NCBI GenBank assembly: GCA_964494385.1
Contig: CAZBSE010000004.1
Coordinates: 12,475-76,474 of the forward strand
DNA from: an uncultured Actinomycetota bacterium
GTDB lineage: Bacteria; Actinomycetota; Humimicrobiia; Humimicrobiales; Humimicrobiaceae
Direction of reading: 5' to 3'
Length of the DNA stretch: 64,000 bases
Below the pieces are notes generated by a model. That model did no database searches, was not told where the DNA came from, and saw only the letters and a program-made list of their open reading frames with translations. Position numbers and translations under genes: made by a program. Of the stretch, positions 39,760 to 50,348 are shown piece by piece. How positions within the stretch are numbered: the stretch's first letter is position 1; each line of letters begins with the position of its first letter.

Positions 39760-39772
39760 CACCGTCCGGTAA

Positions 39773-41494
39773 TTATTCTATTGAAAATATATAGGGATAT
39801 AAAGGCTGTCCGCCTTTATGCATTTCCACATCCATTTTGCGGAAATATTTTTTTAGTTTTTGCCTGATAGCCTCGCTATCTTCGGGCCTGGCATCTTTAC
39901 CGGTATAAAAGGTAATGACCTCTTCGGTCGCATCTGCAATATCTCTTACAAGATCGATAGTCGCATCTACGACATTATCCGAAATTACTCTAACCTTGCC
40001 GTTTGAAAGACCGATATATTCACCTTTCTTTATTTCACCTACCATGAGATTTGCATTCCTGACCGCTGCTGTCACTTCCCCGCTTTTTGCCTTACTGGCC
40101 GCTTCTTCCATATTATAAATATTTTCTTCCATCCCCGCATCGGGATTATAATTAAGTACTGCCGCTATCCCTGCCGGAACGGTCCTGGTACATACAACAT
40201 AAACAGTTTTTTTCTTTACAATTTTTTTTGCCTGGTTCGAGGTAAGTATAATATTTTTATTATTGGGAAATATAATAGCTTCGTCAGCATCGGTGCTATT
40301 TATGGCTTTCACCAGGTCATAGGTTGACGGATTCATGCTCTGTCCGCCGCTCACAATGATATCCACACCTATGCTTTTGAATATCTCTTCCAGTTCCTTG
40401 CCGCTGGCCACAACTATCAGGGCTCTTTTTTTCTCCATTTCTTTTTCAGGAGATTTAGCTTCTCCTGTTACTTCTTCTCTCTGATCTTTCATATTATTAA
40501 TCTGGATATCATGAATCGTACCTTCTTTTAGGGCTCTTCTCAGGACTTTATGCGGCTGATTGGTGTGCACATGTATTTTTACCAGACTTTCATCTCCTAC
40601 GACCATTGCACTGTCGCCAAAGGTTTCGATTCTTTCCCTTAGTCTTTCCACATCTATCCCGCTGCCTTTCAGTATGAATTCGGTACAATAAGTATATTTA
40701 ATTTCGTAACCGATTTTCACTTCCTTTAATCTATCCTCTTTAATCTGCGTGATACTGTCACGGGGTTTTTTATCTGTATTGCCGCTTTTTCCCTTATCAT
40801 CGCCGATACCGGACGTTAAAGATTTATTTTTTGCTTTTCCGGTCTTCCTTTTCAGCTCACCGTTTAAATTATTAATCATGGTTAAAGCCTTTCTGGTTCC
40901 TATTAATATATCCAGAATACCCTGGGCGCCGGCATCCACCACATCAGCTTTCTTTAATACCGGCAGCAGCAAAGTGGACCTTTCAACGGATTTTTCAGTT
41001 TCTAAGATAATTTTATCCAGAAGCTCTATGACTTTTATTTTACCTGTATTATTTGTGAGGTTCTCTACAAAATTGCAGATATCCTTAATGGTTGTAAGCA
41101 TAGTTCCTTCAGTCGGATCCTGTACGGAATCATATGCCAGATTTTTTGATGACCTTAATGCATCCTTGATTACATCCAGATCCAGGTCATTGCTTCTTAT
41201 TAATATATCGAAAAAACCTTTAAGTATCTGGGATAGTATTACGCCGGAATTACCCCTGGCTCCCATCAATGCTCCAAACGATGCCTTTTCCAGTATGCTC
41301 TTTACGGAAAAACTTTTTAACTTTAAAAGTTCTTCTCTGATTGATTTCAAAGTCATCAGCATATTTGTACCGGTGTCCCCGTCGGGAACAGGGAAAACAT
41401 TCAGATCATTAATTTTACTTTCATTTTCCTTAAAATCGCCTATTATTATATCTATAACTTTTTCCAGATCACCGCTATCTATTTCAATAAACAT
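39773..41494 (-). CDS. yloV: DAK2-domain fusion protein YloV (Dak2 domain + DegV-like/uncharacterised C-domain)
   Basis: N-terminal Dak2 domain (…DGDTGTNM…GARGNSGVILSQ…); 573 aa; divergent from rpmB as in Bacillus (rpmB / yloU-yloV); a low-complexity Lys/Gly-rich insertion mid-protein. Confidence 0.8.
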   Translation of the reverse strand: MFIEIDSGDLEKVIDIIIGDFKENESKINDLNVFPVPDGDTGTNMLMTLKSIREELLKLKSFSVKSILEKASFGALMGARGNSGVILSQILKGFFDILIRSNDLDLDVIKDALRSSKNLAYDSVQDPTEGTMLTTIKDICNFVENLTNNTGKIKVIELLDKIILETEKSVERSTLLLPVLKKADVVDAGAQGILDILIGTRKALTMINNLNGELKRKTGKAKNKSLTSGIGDDKGKSGNTDKKPRDSITQIKEDRLKEVKIGYEIKYTYCTEFILKGSGIDVERLRERIETFGDSAMVVGDESLVKIHVHTNQPHKVLRRALKEGTIHDIQINNMKDQREEVTGEAKSPEKEMEKKRALIVVASGKELEEIFKSIGVDIIVSGGQSMNPSTYDLVKAINSTDADEAIIFPNNKNIILTSNQAKKIVKKKTVYVVCTRTVPAGIAAVLNYNPDAGMEENIYNMEEAASKAKSGEVTAAVRNANLMVGEIKKGEYIGLSNGKVRVISDNVVDATIDLVRDIADATEEVITFYTGKDARPEDSEAIRQKLKKYFRKMDVEMHKGGQPLYPYIFSIE

Positions 41495-41793
41495 AATCGC
41501 TCTCTTTGCTTTTAAATTTAAAATTATATATATTTCATCAGATCATATTCAAATCCGGATAAGGTCATGCTTCTTATTCTATAATTTTATTTATTTTTAT
41601 AACAACTAAGACTTTATTAATTAAAAATTGTTTCTTGCTTCAGCCTTTTACTTTGCTGTGACATACTTTTTTATTTATCTTGAAAATTAAACTATAAAAT
41701 GCTAATATTCCTTCCTGGTTTATTTAAAACCAGTATTGCATGTATCTGTAATAGATGCAGCATAAATTTTTATAAAGGTGCACAGGAGAAAAA

Positions 41794-41985
41794 ATGTCCA
41801 GAGTATGCGAAATTTGCGGGAAAAAAACAGCTTTTGGGAATAACGTGAGCCACTCGCATAAAAAAACCAGAAGAACCTTCAAGCCTAATATTCACAAAGC
41901 AAAGGTTGAATATAAAGGTAAGGTTAAGACCATAAATATCTGCGCCAGATGCCTAAAATCAGGTGAGATTAAAAAAGTAGTATAG
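41794..41985 (+). CDS. rpmB: 50S ribosomal protein L28
   Basis: [38 protein letters not shown] is the L28 signature; GGAGAA RBS; the only convincing plus-strand gene in the window. Confidence 0.93.
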   Translation: MSRVCEICGKKTAFGNNVSHSHKKTRRTFKPNIHKAKVEYKGKVKTINICARCLKSGEIKKVV

Positions 41986-42393
41986 ACTCAAATAAACTTT
42001 CCCATGTTTGCACATCATATATATCAATGGCTCTTTTTGAATGCCATCTGACAGTTTTTTTATTACCTTCCTACCCTGATAACATGCAAGTAGATTTTAT
42101 TGGTTCTTGTTTCCTTTTGGTTTTTGGGGCTTTGCCGTTTTAATGCACGGCTTAAGAACTTTTGTATTTGGGAAAGGCAGCCGCTGGGAAGAAAGGAAAA
42201 TAAAAGAAGTGATGAAACAGATGGATAAAGATAAATAGGACTGACTAAGTTCCGGTATAAAGCATGATTATTCAAATCCTATATATTATAAGGAAACCAT
42301 AAACGGTCCCCGCTGATTAAATTTCCGTTTCAAGATAGGAATCTTTTATTTTATACCCTATCTTCTTGTACGATCCCCGGCCAAACTGAGGAT

Positions 42394-43875
42394 TCATAAA
42401 CTCTTTATAAAACTGCAGACGAAACCTGCTTCGCTCCCAAAGTAATATGGCATAATCTCAAAGCATGCCTCTTCTCCCAAAGCGGCACTGTCTTTATTCG
42501 GGCTCAAGGATGGTATTTTTAAAATCGATATCAATTCATCGGTCATATTCGGATTTTTTGCCGCATACTCCTTTCTGTATTCCTTCAAAAATTTACTTAT
42601 TACCTGCTGGTTTTCCAGGGGTGATATGGTACAGGTATAAAAAACAAGCTTTCCGCCTGGCTTTAGGTATCTGCCGCAATTTACCATCATCCTGTAAGAA
42701 AGACCGGAAAGGCGTATTACATCATCCATGGTCTTATTATATTTTACATCCGGATTCTTGGAAATGGTCCCAAAAGCGCTGCAGGGTGCATCTATTATTA
42801 TCTTATCAAAGTATCCGGTATAATCACCGGATATTTTTTTATTTTTAAAATTCTTATTCTTGACTGCATAACTGTTTTTCTCAAGAAAATTTTTTTCGGC
42901 TGCGTCCGCCTGCATGACCCATACATTATCTGCATTTAACCTTTCAAGATTGTCCTTCATTAACTTAAGTCTTTTTCCGCTTATGTCAACTGACAGTACT
43001 TCTCCTTTGACTCCTACCATTTCGGAGATAAAGACAGTCTTTCCGCCCGGAGCCGCACATATATCCAGTACCTTTTCTCCTTTGCCGGGATCAAGGTAGT
43101 ACTTTACGGCTATTTGCGAGGATAGATCCTGGACCGAAACCAGACCTTTTTTATATGCACCGGTTTTGTTTATATCTTTAGCACTGGAAACTTCTATCGC
43201 ATCTGCCCGTATGTCTTCCAATAAAATATTTTTACACGGCAGTACCGTATCCAATTCCTGTGACAGTTTATTTTTTGTAGTCTTGCCCTTATTAAACCGC
43301 AGGTAAACATGCGGATTTTCATTTAGCGATTTACAGAGCAGAACGGTCCTTTCTTTTCCATACCAGTCAAACCAGTACTTTACCAGCCATCTGGGATAAG
43401 AATAGTTTATACTAATTCCATCGATTTCATCTTCTATTAACTCTCCTGCCTTTTTTCTTATAAATAGATCCATATCCTCTACCGAGCATACCCTGCGCAG
43501 TATTGCATTTACAAACCCTGTCGAAGATAAAGTTGCATTGCTTTTGGTCAGTTCAACACTCTGGTCAACAGCTGAATAAGCAGGGACCTTATCCATATAT
43601 ATGCACTGGAAGATCCCCATACGCAGGATATTAAGCACTTTGAAATCTATATCTTTTATATCTTTATCCGAAAATAAAGAAATTATAAAATCGAGTCTTA
43701 TATAATATCTTACCGTACCCTTTACTACGTTGAATATAAAGCGCCTGTTGAGTCCGGATAAATTATAATGACTGAAGCAGCGGTTTATTATATCTTTTAA
43801 AGATTTTCTTTCTTTAAAATAGCTGTTTAATATAAGAAGAGCAATTTTACGGGGACTGTCGCTGCCATTTTTCAT
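42394..43875 (-). CDS. rsmB: 16S rRNA (cytosine967-C5)-methyltransferase RsmB (Sun)
   Basis: N-terminal NusB-like domain and a C-terminal SAM-MTase (DICAAPGGKT, catalytic PC.../TC motifs); fmt-rsmB order. Confidence 0.88.
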   Translation of the reverse strand: MKNGSDSPRKIALLILNSYFKERKSLKDIINRCFSHYNLSGLNRRFIFNVVKGTVRYYIRLDFIISLFSDKDIKDIDFKVLNILRMGIFQCIYMDKVPAYSAVDQSVELTKSNATLSSTGFVNAILRRVCSVEDMDLFIRKKAGELIEDEIDGISINYSYPRWLVKYWFDWYGKERTVLLCKSLNENPHVYLRFNKGKTTKNKLSQELDTVLPCKNILLEDIRADAIEVSSAKDINKTGAYKKGLVSVQDLSSQIAVKYYLDPGKGEKVLDICAAPGGKTVFISEMVGVKGEVLSVDISGKRLKLMKDNLERLNADNVWVMQADAAEKNFLEKNSYAVKNKNFKNKKISGDYTGYFDKIIIDAPCSAFGTISKNPDVKYNKTMDDVIRLSGLSYRMMVNCGRYLKPGGKLVFYTCTISPLENQQVISKFLKEYRKEYAAKNPNMTDELISILKIPSLSPNKDSAALGEEACFEIMPYYFGSEAGFVCSFIKSL

Positions 43876-44831
43876 TCAAGACTTTCACCAGCTTTTAACC
43901 TGTATCCATTAATAAAATCAGCTGCAGGCATTGCCTTTTTGCCCTGGGGCTGCAGCAGTTCAATTTTTACTATTTCATTTCCGCCGCACTTGACCAAAAT
44001 ACCTTTTTCTCTGTCTGCTTCTATTATGGAACCATTTTTATCGCCTCCGGCAGTCTCAGGTTTATAAGGATAGGTGTCCTTATCTATAACACCGGCTTTA
44101 AGAATTTTAATTCTCAAATTCCTCCACAGGCAGTAAGCTCCCGGTTTCATGCTGAGAGCCCTGATTTTATTAATTATTTCCGGAGCACCCGTGTTCCAGT
44201 TTATTTTCAGATCCTCTTTGGTTATTTTATGGCTGTATACTATATTATCACTATCCTGGGGGTAGGGCTTCAGGTTTTTGCTTTCCGCCAGATCAAGTAC
44301 CGATATAATAAGGGGAACTCCGAATTTTATGGATTTCTGCTCAAGACTGTCCCTGTTGTCATCCTTTTCCACCCTAAATTTTACCTGGGCATATATTCCC
44401 CCGGCATCTACCTCGCCTGCGACCTCGATGATGCTGACGCCGCCAACATCATCACCGTTTAAAAGCGTGCTTATAATAGGCGTTGGACCCCTGTATCTGG
44501 GCAAAAGCGAAGGGTGCATATTAAACCACTTTGCAGCGGTTAGTTTAAATATTTCTTCAGGAAATATCCTGCCGAAAGAAACCACTACTACGGCATCAAA
44601 TTTCAATTTTTTAAATTCTTTAAAAAAAATATCATCAAGCTTTTCAATCTGGGTCAAATCTATTCCCAGCCCGGCGGCCGCTTCCTTCACTACATTGGGG
44701 ACAATCTTTTTTCCCCTTCCGGCAGGTTTGTCTGCAATAGTTACAACCAGAGATATCTTATGCCTGGAGTTGTATATTCCTTCCAAAAAAGGAACCGAGA
44801 TTTCAGAAGACCCGAAGAATAATATATTCAA
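43872..44831 (-). CDS. fmt: Methionyl-tRNA formyltransferase
   Basis: MNILFFGSSEISVPFL... and the HPSLLPRYRG formyltransferase motif. Confidence 0.92.
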   Translation of the reverse strand: MNILFFGSSEISVPFLEGIYNSRHKISLVVTIADKPAGRGKKIVPNVVKEAAAGLGIDLTQIEKLDDIFFKEFKKLKFDAVVVVSFGRIFPEEIFKLTAAKWFNMHPSLLPRYRGPTPIISTLLNGDDVGGVSIIEVAGEVDAGGIYAQVKFRVEKDDNRDSLEQKSIKFGVPLIISVLDLAESKNLKPYPQDSDNIVYSHKITKEDLKINWNTGAPEIINKIRALSMKPGAYCLWRNLRIKILKAGVIDKDTYPYKPETAGGDKNGSIIEADREKGILVKCGGNEIVKIELLQPQGKKAMPAADFINGYRLKAGESLE

Positions 44832-44841
44832 TCAACTTCTC

Positions 44842-45345
44842 CTATTGCTCTATATTTAATTTTAAATCACTGATCCTGGACAGCAGCTCACTCTTTGATT
44901 TTTTATCAAGGTGGTCCATATATAATATCCCGTTCAAATGATCCACTTCGTGCTGAAATATTCTTGCCAGCAAACCTTCTGCTGTAAGCGTTATCTTATT
45001 GCCCTTTAAATCCATTGCCTTTACCTTGATTTTGTTAAATCTTTTAACCTGAAAACCTTTTATTGAATATATGCTGAGGCAGCCTTCGTCACCTTCCATT
45101 TTTTTATCATCTAAAACTTTAATCACAGGATTTATGAATGCCTGTATCTTCGCGCCAATATTAACAATAATCACTCTCCTGGTTACTCCTATCTGCGGAG
45201 CGGCCAGACCCACTCCACCCATCTCATTCATGGTATCGGTCATATCCTTTACCAGCTTCCTGAGCTTACTGTCTATTTTTTCTACTTCTTTGCTTCTTTC
45301 CCTTAAACCCGGGTCCCCGGTTTTCCTAATTTCTTTAACCGCCAT
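44842..45345 (-). CDS. def: Peptide deformylase
   Basis: GVGLAAPQIG, EGCLS and HEVDHLNG motifs. Confidence 0.95.
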   Translation of the reverse strand: MAVKEIRKTGDPGLRERSKEVEKIDSKLRKLVKDMTDTMNEMGGVGLAAPQIGVTRRVIIVNIGAKIQAFINPVIKVLDDKKMEGDEGCLSIYSIKGFQVKRFNKIKVKAMDLKGNKITLTAEGLLARIFQHEVDHLNGILYMDHLDKKSKSELLSRISDLKLNIEQ

Positions 45346-45363
45346 TTTAAATCCCCCGTTATC

Positions 45364-47625
45364 TTATAAGATCCATACCGGATCAACATCCACAATTATT
45401 TTATTCTCACCGAACTTTTTAAATCTTTTTAATATAACAGCCAGCTTTTTACCCAGATCTTCTATATCCCCTGATTTTATCATTATATGCCACCTGTAAA
45501 ATAAATTCACTTTATGAAAAGGTGCAGGAGCCGGGCCAAGAATACTATTACCTATTTTAATCACTCTGCTTATTTCCGCAAATAATTGTTCGATATTTTT
45601 CTTTACCTTTTCTTCTTTTTTGCCTGATACTATTATATTCACCAGATTGGAAAAAGGAGGATAGGAGAGTTCTTTCCTGTTTGCCAGTTCCTGCCGGTAA
45701 AATGACTCATAATCCATTTCCAATATATTTTTCATAACACTGCTGTCGGGATTATAGGTTTGTATTATCACCCTTCCCTTTTTTTTCTCCCTCCCTGCCC
45801 TTCCTGAAACCTGTGTAATCAGCTGATAGACTCTTTCATTCATATGATAATCAGGGAGTGCCAGCATACTGTCACAATTAATAACTCCTACCAAAGTGAC
45901 ATCCCCGATATCCAGGCCCTTTGCAACCATCTGTGTCCCGATTAAAATTGATTTTCCGGGAGAAATGAATTTTTTAAGTATTTCCTGATGGGACTTTCTT
46001 TTTGATGTTACATCTGAATCCATTCTCAGTATGGGTATGCCTTTAAATCTGTCCTGCAGTTTGGACTGGACCCTCTGTATCCCCGTACCGTATAAAAAGA
46101 TGCTGTCCGCACCGCAAACCGGGCACTTGCCCGTATAATTTTGTTCTCTTCCGCAGTGATGGCAAACCAGTCTCCTGCGGTCGCTGTGATAGTTAAAAGA
46201 AAGGTCACAGGCACTGCATTTAGGTACGCTGCCGCATTTGCTGCATATGACAAAATTACTGTATCCCCTTCTGTTTAAAAATATAATTACCTTATTATCT
46301 TTTTCCAGCTCTTCTCTTATTGCAGTAAATAATTTACCGGTAATAACCGTGTCCTCTTTTAGGCGGTTGATGCGCCTTAGATCAACTGCCTCCATCTCCA
46401 GAAAACTTGTGCTTCTGGCCTTGATCGGAACATTCAGCAGGGTAAAATCTTTTTCTTTTTCCGCTCTGTACCTTGTGACAACCGATGGTGTGGCACTGCC
46501 CATAACCACTGGAATATCCAGTATTTCTCCAAGTTTGATTGCTACATCCTGGGTATTATATCTGACCAGGGTTCCTTCTTTATAGGAAGGGTCGTGCTCC
46601 TCATCCAGTATAATTATACCAAGACTGCTGACAGGCGCGAAAATCGCGGACCTTGTTCCGATTATTATGTCAAATTTGTTTTCCCATATATCCAGCCATC
46701 TTTCATAGCGTTCCGCTTCACTCATATTGGAATGATAGACGCAAACCCTGGGTCCGAATTCGCGTTCAAATCTTGAATAAAGCTGAGGGGTCAAAGAAAT
46801 CTCAGGAGTCAGGATAATCGCTTTCTTTTTTTTCTCCAGGATTTTTTTGCATGCGGCCATATAGATCTCTGTTTTGCCGCTGCCGGCCACGCCCTGGATT
46901 AAAAATTTGTGATAAGCTTCCTTTTGTATGTAATTGTCTATGGCACCGACGGCATTTTTCTGATAGGAATTCAGGATTATATTTTTTTTAAGGCTCCCTC
47001 CACCCTGGTATTCGTATCTAAAATCCCTATTCTGCCTTTTTTTTACAACGGACACGATCCCTCTGCCGGCAAGACCGGCCAGACTGGAGTAGCCTGAACC
47101 CGTATCCCTTATCAGCTTTTCTTTTGGAACCTCACCGGACAACATCAGATAATCAATTATTTTTTTTCGGGAAGAATTTATTTTCCAGTTTATATCATCC
47201 TTTGCAAGATTATATTTATCCCTGTTTAAACTCACATAATCCTTAAATTTAAGCCCGATTCTGCGGTGAATAATTGCTTTCTTGTATTTTCCTCCCGGGG
47301 GCAGAAAAAATTTGATGACGCTTCCCAGCGGTTGGACATAGTATTTACTGATCCATCTTATAAGTTCCAGCTTTTTAAAGTTAAAAACAGGCCTGCTGCC
47401 TATTACCTTTATGATATCCTTTAATTGATTATTACCGATTTCAGATTTGTTTTTGACTCCTACGATGAAGCCGACTTCAATCCTGTTTTGAAAAGGAACC
47501 AGAACAATTTTTCCGGTATCAATATCAGAACATAAACCGGGGGGTATTCTGTAGTCAAAAGCATGGTCGATATCGAAGGCTTTTATATCTATATAAATCT
47601 CTGCATATTTGTTTTTTATGCCCAT
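45364..47625 (-). CDS. priA: Primosomal protein N' (PriA helicase)
   Basis: 3'-DNA-binding N-domain, DEAD-box core (GVAGSGKTEIY, DEEH) and a Cys-rich zinc ribbon (CSKCGSVPKCSACD...CHHCG...CPVCG). Confidence 0.93.
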   Translation of the reverse strand: MGIKNKYAEIYIDIKAFDIDHAFDYRIPPGLCSDIDTGKIVLVPFQNRIEVGFIVGVKNKSEIGNNQLKDIIKVIGSRPVFNFKKLELIRWISKYYVQPLGSVIKFFLPPGGKYKKAIIHRRIGLKFKDYVSLNRDKYNLAKDDINWKINSSRKKIIDYLMLSGEVPKEKLIRDTGSGYSSLAGLAGRGIVSVVKKRQNRDFRYEYQGGGSLKKNIILNSYQKNAVGAIDNYIQKEAYHKFLIQGVAGSGKTEIYMAACKKILEKKKKAIILTPEISLTPQLYSRFEREFGPRVCVYHSNMSEAERYERWLDIWENKFDIIIGTRSAIFAPVSSLGIIILDEEHDPSYKEGTLVRYNTQDVAIKLGEILDIPVVMGSATPSVVTRYRAEKEKDFTLLNVPIKARSTSFLEMEAVDLRRINRLKEDTVITGKLFTAIREELEKDNKVIIFLNRRGYSNFVICSKCGSVPKCSACDLSFNYHSDRRRLVCHHCGREQNYTGKCPVCGADSIFLYGTGIQRVQSKLQDRFKGIPILRMDSDVTSKRKSHQEILKKFISPGKSILIGTQMVAKGLDIGDVTLVGVINCDSMLALPDYHMNERVYQLITQVSGRAGREKKKGRVIIQTYNPDSSVMKNILEMDYESFYRQELANRKELSYPPFSNLVNIIVSGKKEEKVKKNIEQLFAEISRVIKIGNSILGPAPAPFHKVNLFYRWHIMIKSGDIEDLGKKLAVILKRFKKFGENKIIVDVDPVWIL

Positions 47626-47639
47626 TTAAAACATGAAGA

Positions 47640-48845
47640 TTATTTAAGGCCCAGCATTTTCTTGATATCATCTACTTTATCCAGTTTTTCCCATGTAAAA
47701 TCCCTGTCATGCCTCCCAAAATGTCCGTAAGCAGCGGTTTTTCTGTAAATTGGCCTCAGCAGATTCAAATTTTTTATAATAGCTGCCGGTCTTAAATCAA
47801 ATACTTCCCTTACCGTTTTCTCGATTTTTTTAACATCTACTTTTTCGGTCCCGAATGTCTCCACCATGACCGATATGGGATGTGAAACACCTATGGCATA
47901 AGCTATCTCTATTTCCAGCTTATCGGCAGCTCCGCTGGCCACCAGGTTTTTTGCGGCATGCCTCGCAGCGTAAGCCGCAGATCTGTCAACCTTGGAAGGA
48001 TCTTTTCCGGAGAAACAGCCTCCTCCGTGCCTTGCTGTCCCGCCATAGGTATCTACAATGATTTTCCTTCCTGTAAGCCCGGTGTCACCCATAGGCCCCC
48101 CGATGGTAAACTCACCTGTCGGATTTACAAACAATTTCATATCCTTGCTTAAATACTGCTCGGGTATAATCGGTTTTATAACAAACTCCCTGATATCCGG
48201 TTTTATTTGCGTATCTATATCGATGCGGGGAGCGTGCTGGGTAGCTATTACAATAGTCTCTACTGAAACGGGCTTGCCGTCCACGTATCTTACGGTCACC
48301 TGTGATTTACCATCGGGACGCAGATATGGCAGGATCCCGGCCTTTCTGACCTCTGATAAACGGTGGGCCAGCTTGTGGGCCAGCTGGATAGGAAGGGGCA
48401 TCAATTCCTCGGTTTCATTGCAGGCATAGCCGAACATCATCCCCTGATCCCCGGCACCCTGGGAATCAAATTCATTTTCATAGCCGTTTCCAACCCTTGC
48501 CTCATAAGCATTCCTAACTCCCTGTGCAATATTAGGCGACTGTTTTCCTATAGAAGAAATAATACCGCAGGTCTCACAGTCGAATCCGTATTTTGCCCTG
48601 GTATAGCCGATACTTTTTATAACCTCTCTTACAACATCCGGTATTTCCACATAGGTTGAAGTGGTAACCTCGCCTGCTACCACTACGATACCGGTTTTAA
48701 GCAGCGTTTCTATAGCAGTTCTGCATCCCGGATCTTCAGCTATTATAGCGTCGAGAATAGCATCCGAAATTTGATCCGCCATCTTGTCGGGATGACCCTC
48801 GGTAACCGATTCTGAAGTAAACAAGAAATCTCTTTTCTTTGACAT
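47640..48845 (-). CDS. metK: S-adenosylmethionine synthetase
   Basis: [25 protein letters not shown] and GAGDQG motifs. Confidence 0.95.
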   Translation of the reverse strand: MSKKRDFLFTSESVTEGHPDKMADQISDAILDAIIAEDPGCRTAIETLLKTGIVVVAGEVTTSTYVEIPDVVREVIKSIGYTRAKYGFDCETCGIISSIGKQSPNIAQGVRNAYEARVGNGYENEFDSQGAGDQGMMFGYACNETEELMPLPIQLAHKLAHRLSEVRKAGILPYLRPDGKSQVTVRYVDGKPVSVETIVIATQHAPRIDIDTQIKPDIREFVIKPIIPEQYLSKDMKLFVNPTGEFTIGGPMGDTGLTGRKIIVDTYGGTARHGGGCFSGKDPSKVDRSAAYAARHAAKNLVASGAADKLEIEIAYAIGVSHPISVMVETFGTEKVDVKKIEKTVREVFDLRPAAIIKNLNLLRPIYRKTAAYGHFGRHDRDFTWEKLDKVDDIKKMLGLK

Positions 48846-48871
48846 TATTCCTCCTATATAAATACTATAAG

Positions 48872-50089
48872 CTAATTTTGATCTTTTATAATTTCATCCC
48901 AGATTCCTCTTGCAATGATTCTTTTCATGCTTCTGGCCAATTTCTTTACGGAGCCGTCTTTTTTTATTATATCAACCTGATTATAATCGCTTTCCATCCC
49001 TATATCATCCCTGGAGATGTCATTGGCCACTATCATATCAATATTTCTACTTTTGAGTTTCTCTAAAACATCTTTAATCTTATAATTGCTTTCAGCAGCG
49101 AAACCCGCTATATACTGCTTGCCTTTTCTTTCCCTGACCAAAAGTTCCAGTATGTTCTGGTTTTCCTTAAACTTTATTTTTGATAATATATCATTTTTTT
49201 TCTTTAACTTAAAATTATATTTCCTGCAGGGCACGATATCGCTTACTGCTGCCGCCATAATGGTAATATCACTGTCTTTAAAATACTTCAGCAGAGCTTT
49301 CTTCATCTCACTGCTGTCCCCGACATATTTAACATCTGCTCCATAGGGCCTTGTCAAATTCCCGGCTGTACTTATAAGAATTACTCTTTTTGCTCCCCTG
49401 AAGCAGGCCTCTTCAGCCAGAGCATGGCCCATTTTACCGCTGGACCTGTTGGATATATATCTTACGGTGTCAATAAACTCCCTGGTACCGCCTGCTGTTA
49501 TTATGACTTTCTTTCCGCTAAGATCGGAACTATAGGTTAGAAGCTCCGCCAATCTTTCGATTATGACATCCTCGTCTTCCAGCCTCCCTGTTCCTTTTTC
49601 CCCGCAGGCAAGACTGCCGGTTCCGGGTCCTATAAAAAAATATTTTCCTGCTTCTTTTAGCCTGGTAATGTTTTTCTGAATTATTGGGTCAAGATACATA
49701 CTTTCGTTCATAGCCGGTGCAATCAAAACCGGACAGGCGGCCGAAACTGCTGATGTGGTCAGGAAATTATCACAGACGCCGTAAGATAATTTGGAAATTA
49801 CATCGGCTGATGCAGGCGCAATTAAAAAAACATCCGCGCTGTGAGAAAGTGAGATATGGTAAATCTCATCTTCATTTACGAATTGTTCCACTATGGTTTT
49901 ATTTCCGCATATGGAACTGAAAGTAACGGGACCCACAAAGTTTAAAGCATTGGGAGTCATTACAGGAACTACACTGGCACCCATACCGACCAGCTTGCTG
50001 CAGATTGCAGCTGCTTTATATGCCGCAATGGATGCCGTGATTCCCAGAACTATCTTTTTTTTTATAAATATGGATTTATACAAAGCCAA
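48872..50089 (-). CDS. coaBC: Bifunctional phosphopantothenoylcysteine decarboxylase / phosphopantothenate-cysteine ligase
   Basis: N-terminal flavoprotein domain ([14 protein letters not shown]) and C-terminal CoaB domain; 405 aa. Confidence 0.92.
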   Translation of the reverse strand: MALYKSIFIKKKIVLGITASIAAYKAAAICSKLVGMGASVVPVMTPNALNFVGPVTFSSICGNKTIVEQFVNEDEIYHISLSHSADVFLIAPASADVISKLSYGVCDNFLTTSAVSAACPVLIAPAMNESMYLDPIIQKNITRLKEAGKYFFIGPGTGSLACGEKGTGRLEDEDVIIERLAELLTYSSDLSGKKVIITAGGTREFIDTVRYISNRSSGKMGHALAEEACFRGAKRVILISTAGNLTRPYGADVKYVGDSSEMKKALLKYFKDSDITIMAAAVSDIVPCRKYNFKLKKKNDILSKIKFKENQNILELLVRERKGKQYIAGFAAESNYKIKDVLEKLKSRNIDMIVANDISRDDIGMESDYNQVDIIKKDGSVKKLARSMKRIIARGIWDEIIKDQN

Positions 50090-50097
50090 ATCTGAAC

Positions 50098-50340
50098 CTA
50101 TTTGGTTTCCTTCTCTTTTTTATTAAAAACTACTTTTTTTTCTTTTATTTCGTTAAAGGCAATTTCCAGCGGATCATGTGATTCCACATCAACCAGCGGC
50201 TTCACCACATCTATTCTTTCCATGTTTTTTTGTGCCGAAAAATAATCTCCAAGCTCCCTTGCTCTCTTCGCTGCAGCCACACATAATTTATACTTGCTTT
50301 CTATGCTTTTTCTGTACTCATCAATATATTCTATTTTCAT
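50098..50340 (-). CDS. rpoZ: DNA-directed RNA polymerase subunit omega
   Basis: SKYKLCVAAAKRAREL omega core; gmk-rpoZ adjacency. Confidence 0.85.
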   Translation of the reverse strand: MKIEYIDEYRKSIESKYKLCVAAAKRARELGDYFSAQKNMERIDVVKPLVDVESHDPLEIAFNEIKEKKVVFNKKEKETK

Positions 50341-50348
50341 CTACTTGG

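Noticed and set aside
39755-39760. TGA read as a sense codon (genetic code 4/25) to explain the missing rsmD start
   Set aside because: TGA clearly terminates infB (stop at 4236-4238), rsmB and other long conserved ORFs, and long ORFs up to 1069 codons contain no internal TGA. Standard code 11 fits; a 1-nt indel after the ATG explains the locus better.
42063-42275. 70-aa minus-strand ORF (MNNHALYRNLVSPIYLYP...)
   Set aside because: Low-complexity sequence with no RBS or homology signal, and it overlaps the GC-rich core more consistent with a structured RNA or decayed sequence. Not called as a CDS.
42262-42276. tRNA-like T-loop sequence TTCAAATCC
   Set aside because: The flanking 5-nt segments (gatta / cctat) are not complementary, so there is no T-stem, and no acceptor or anticodon arms could be built on either strand.
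41986-42393. Possible tmRNA (ssrA) or SRP RNA (ffs) in the rpmB/rsmB convergent gap
   Set aside because: Only short motif-like matches (GACTGACTAAG; GGAAAGGCAGCC). No 5' GGGG / 3' CCACCA-compatible acceptor stem, no GGTTCRANTCC T-arm, no tag-peptide reading frame ending in ...AA-stop, and no CCGGAAGG-type GNRA apex. This is kept only as a generic candidate-ncRNA finding.
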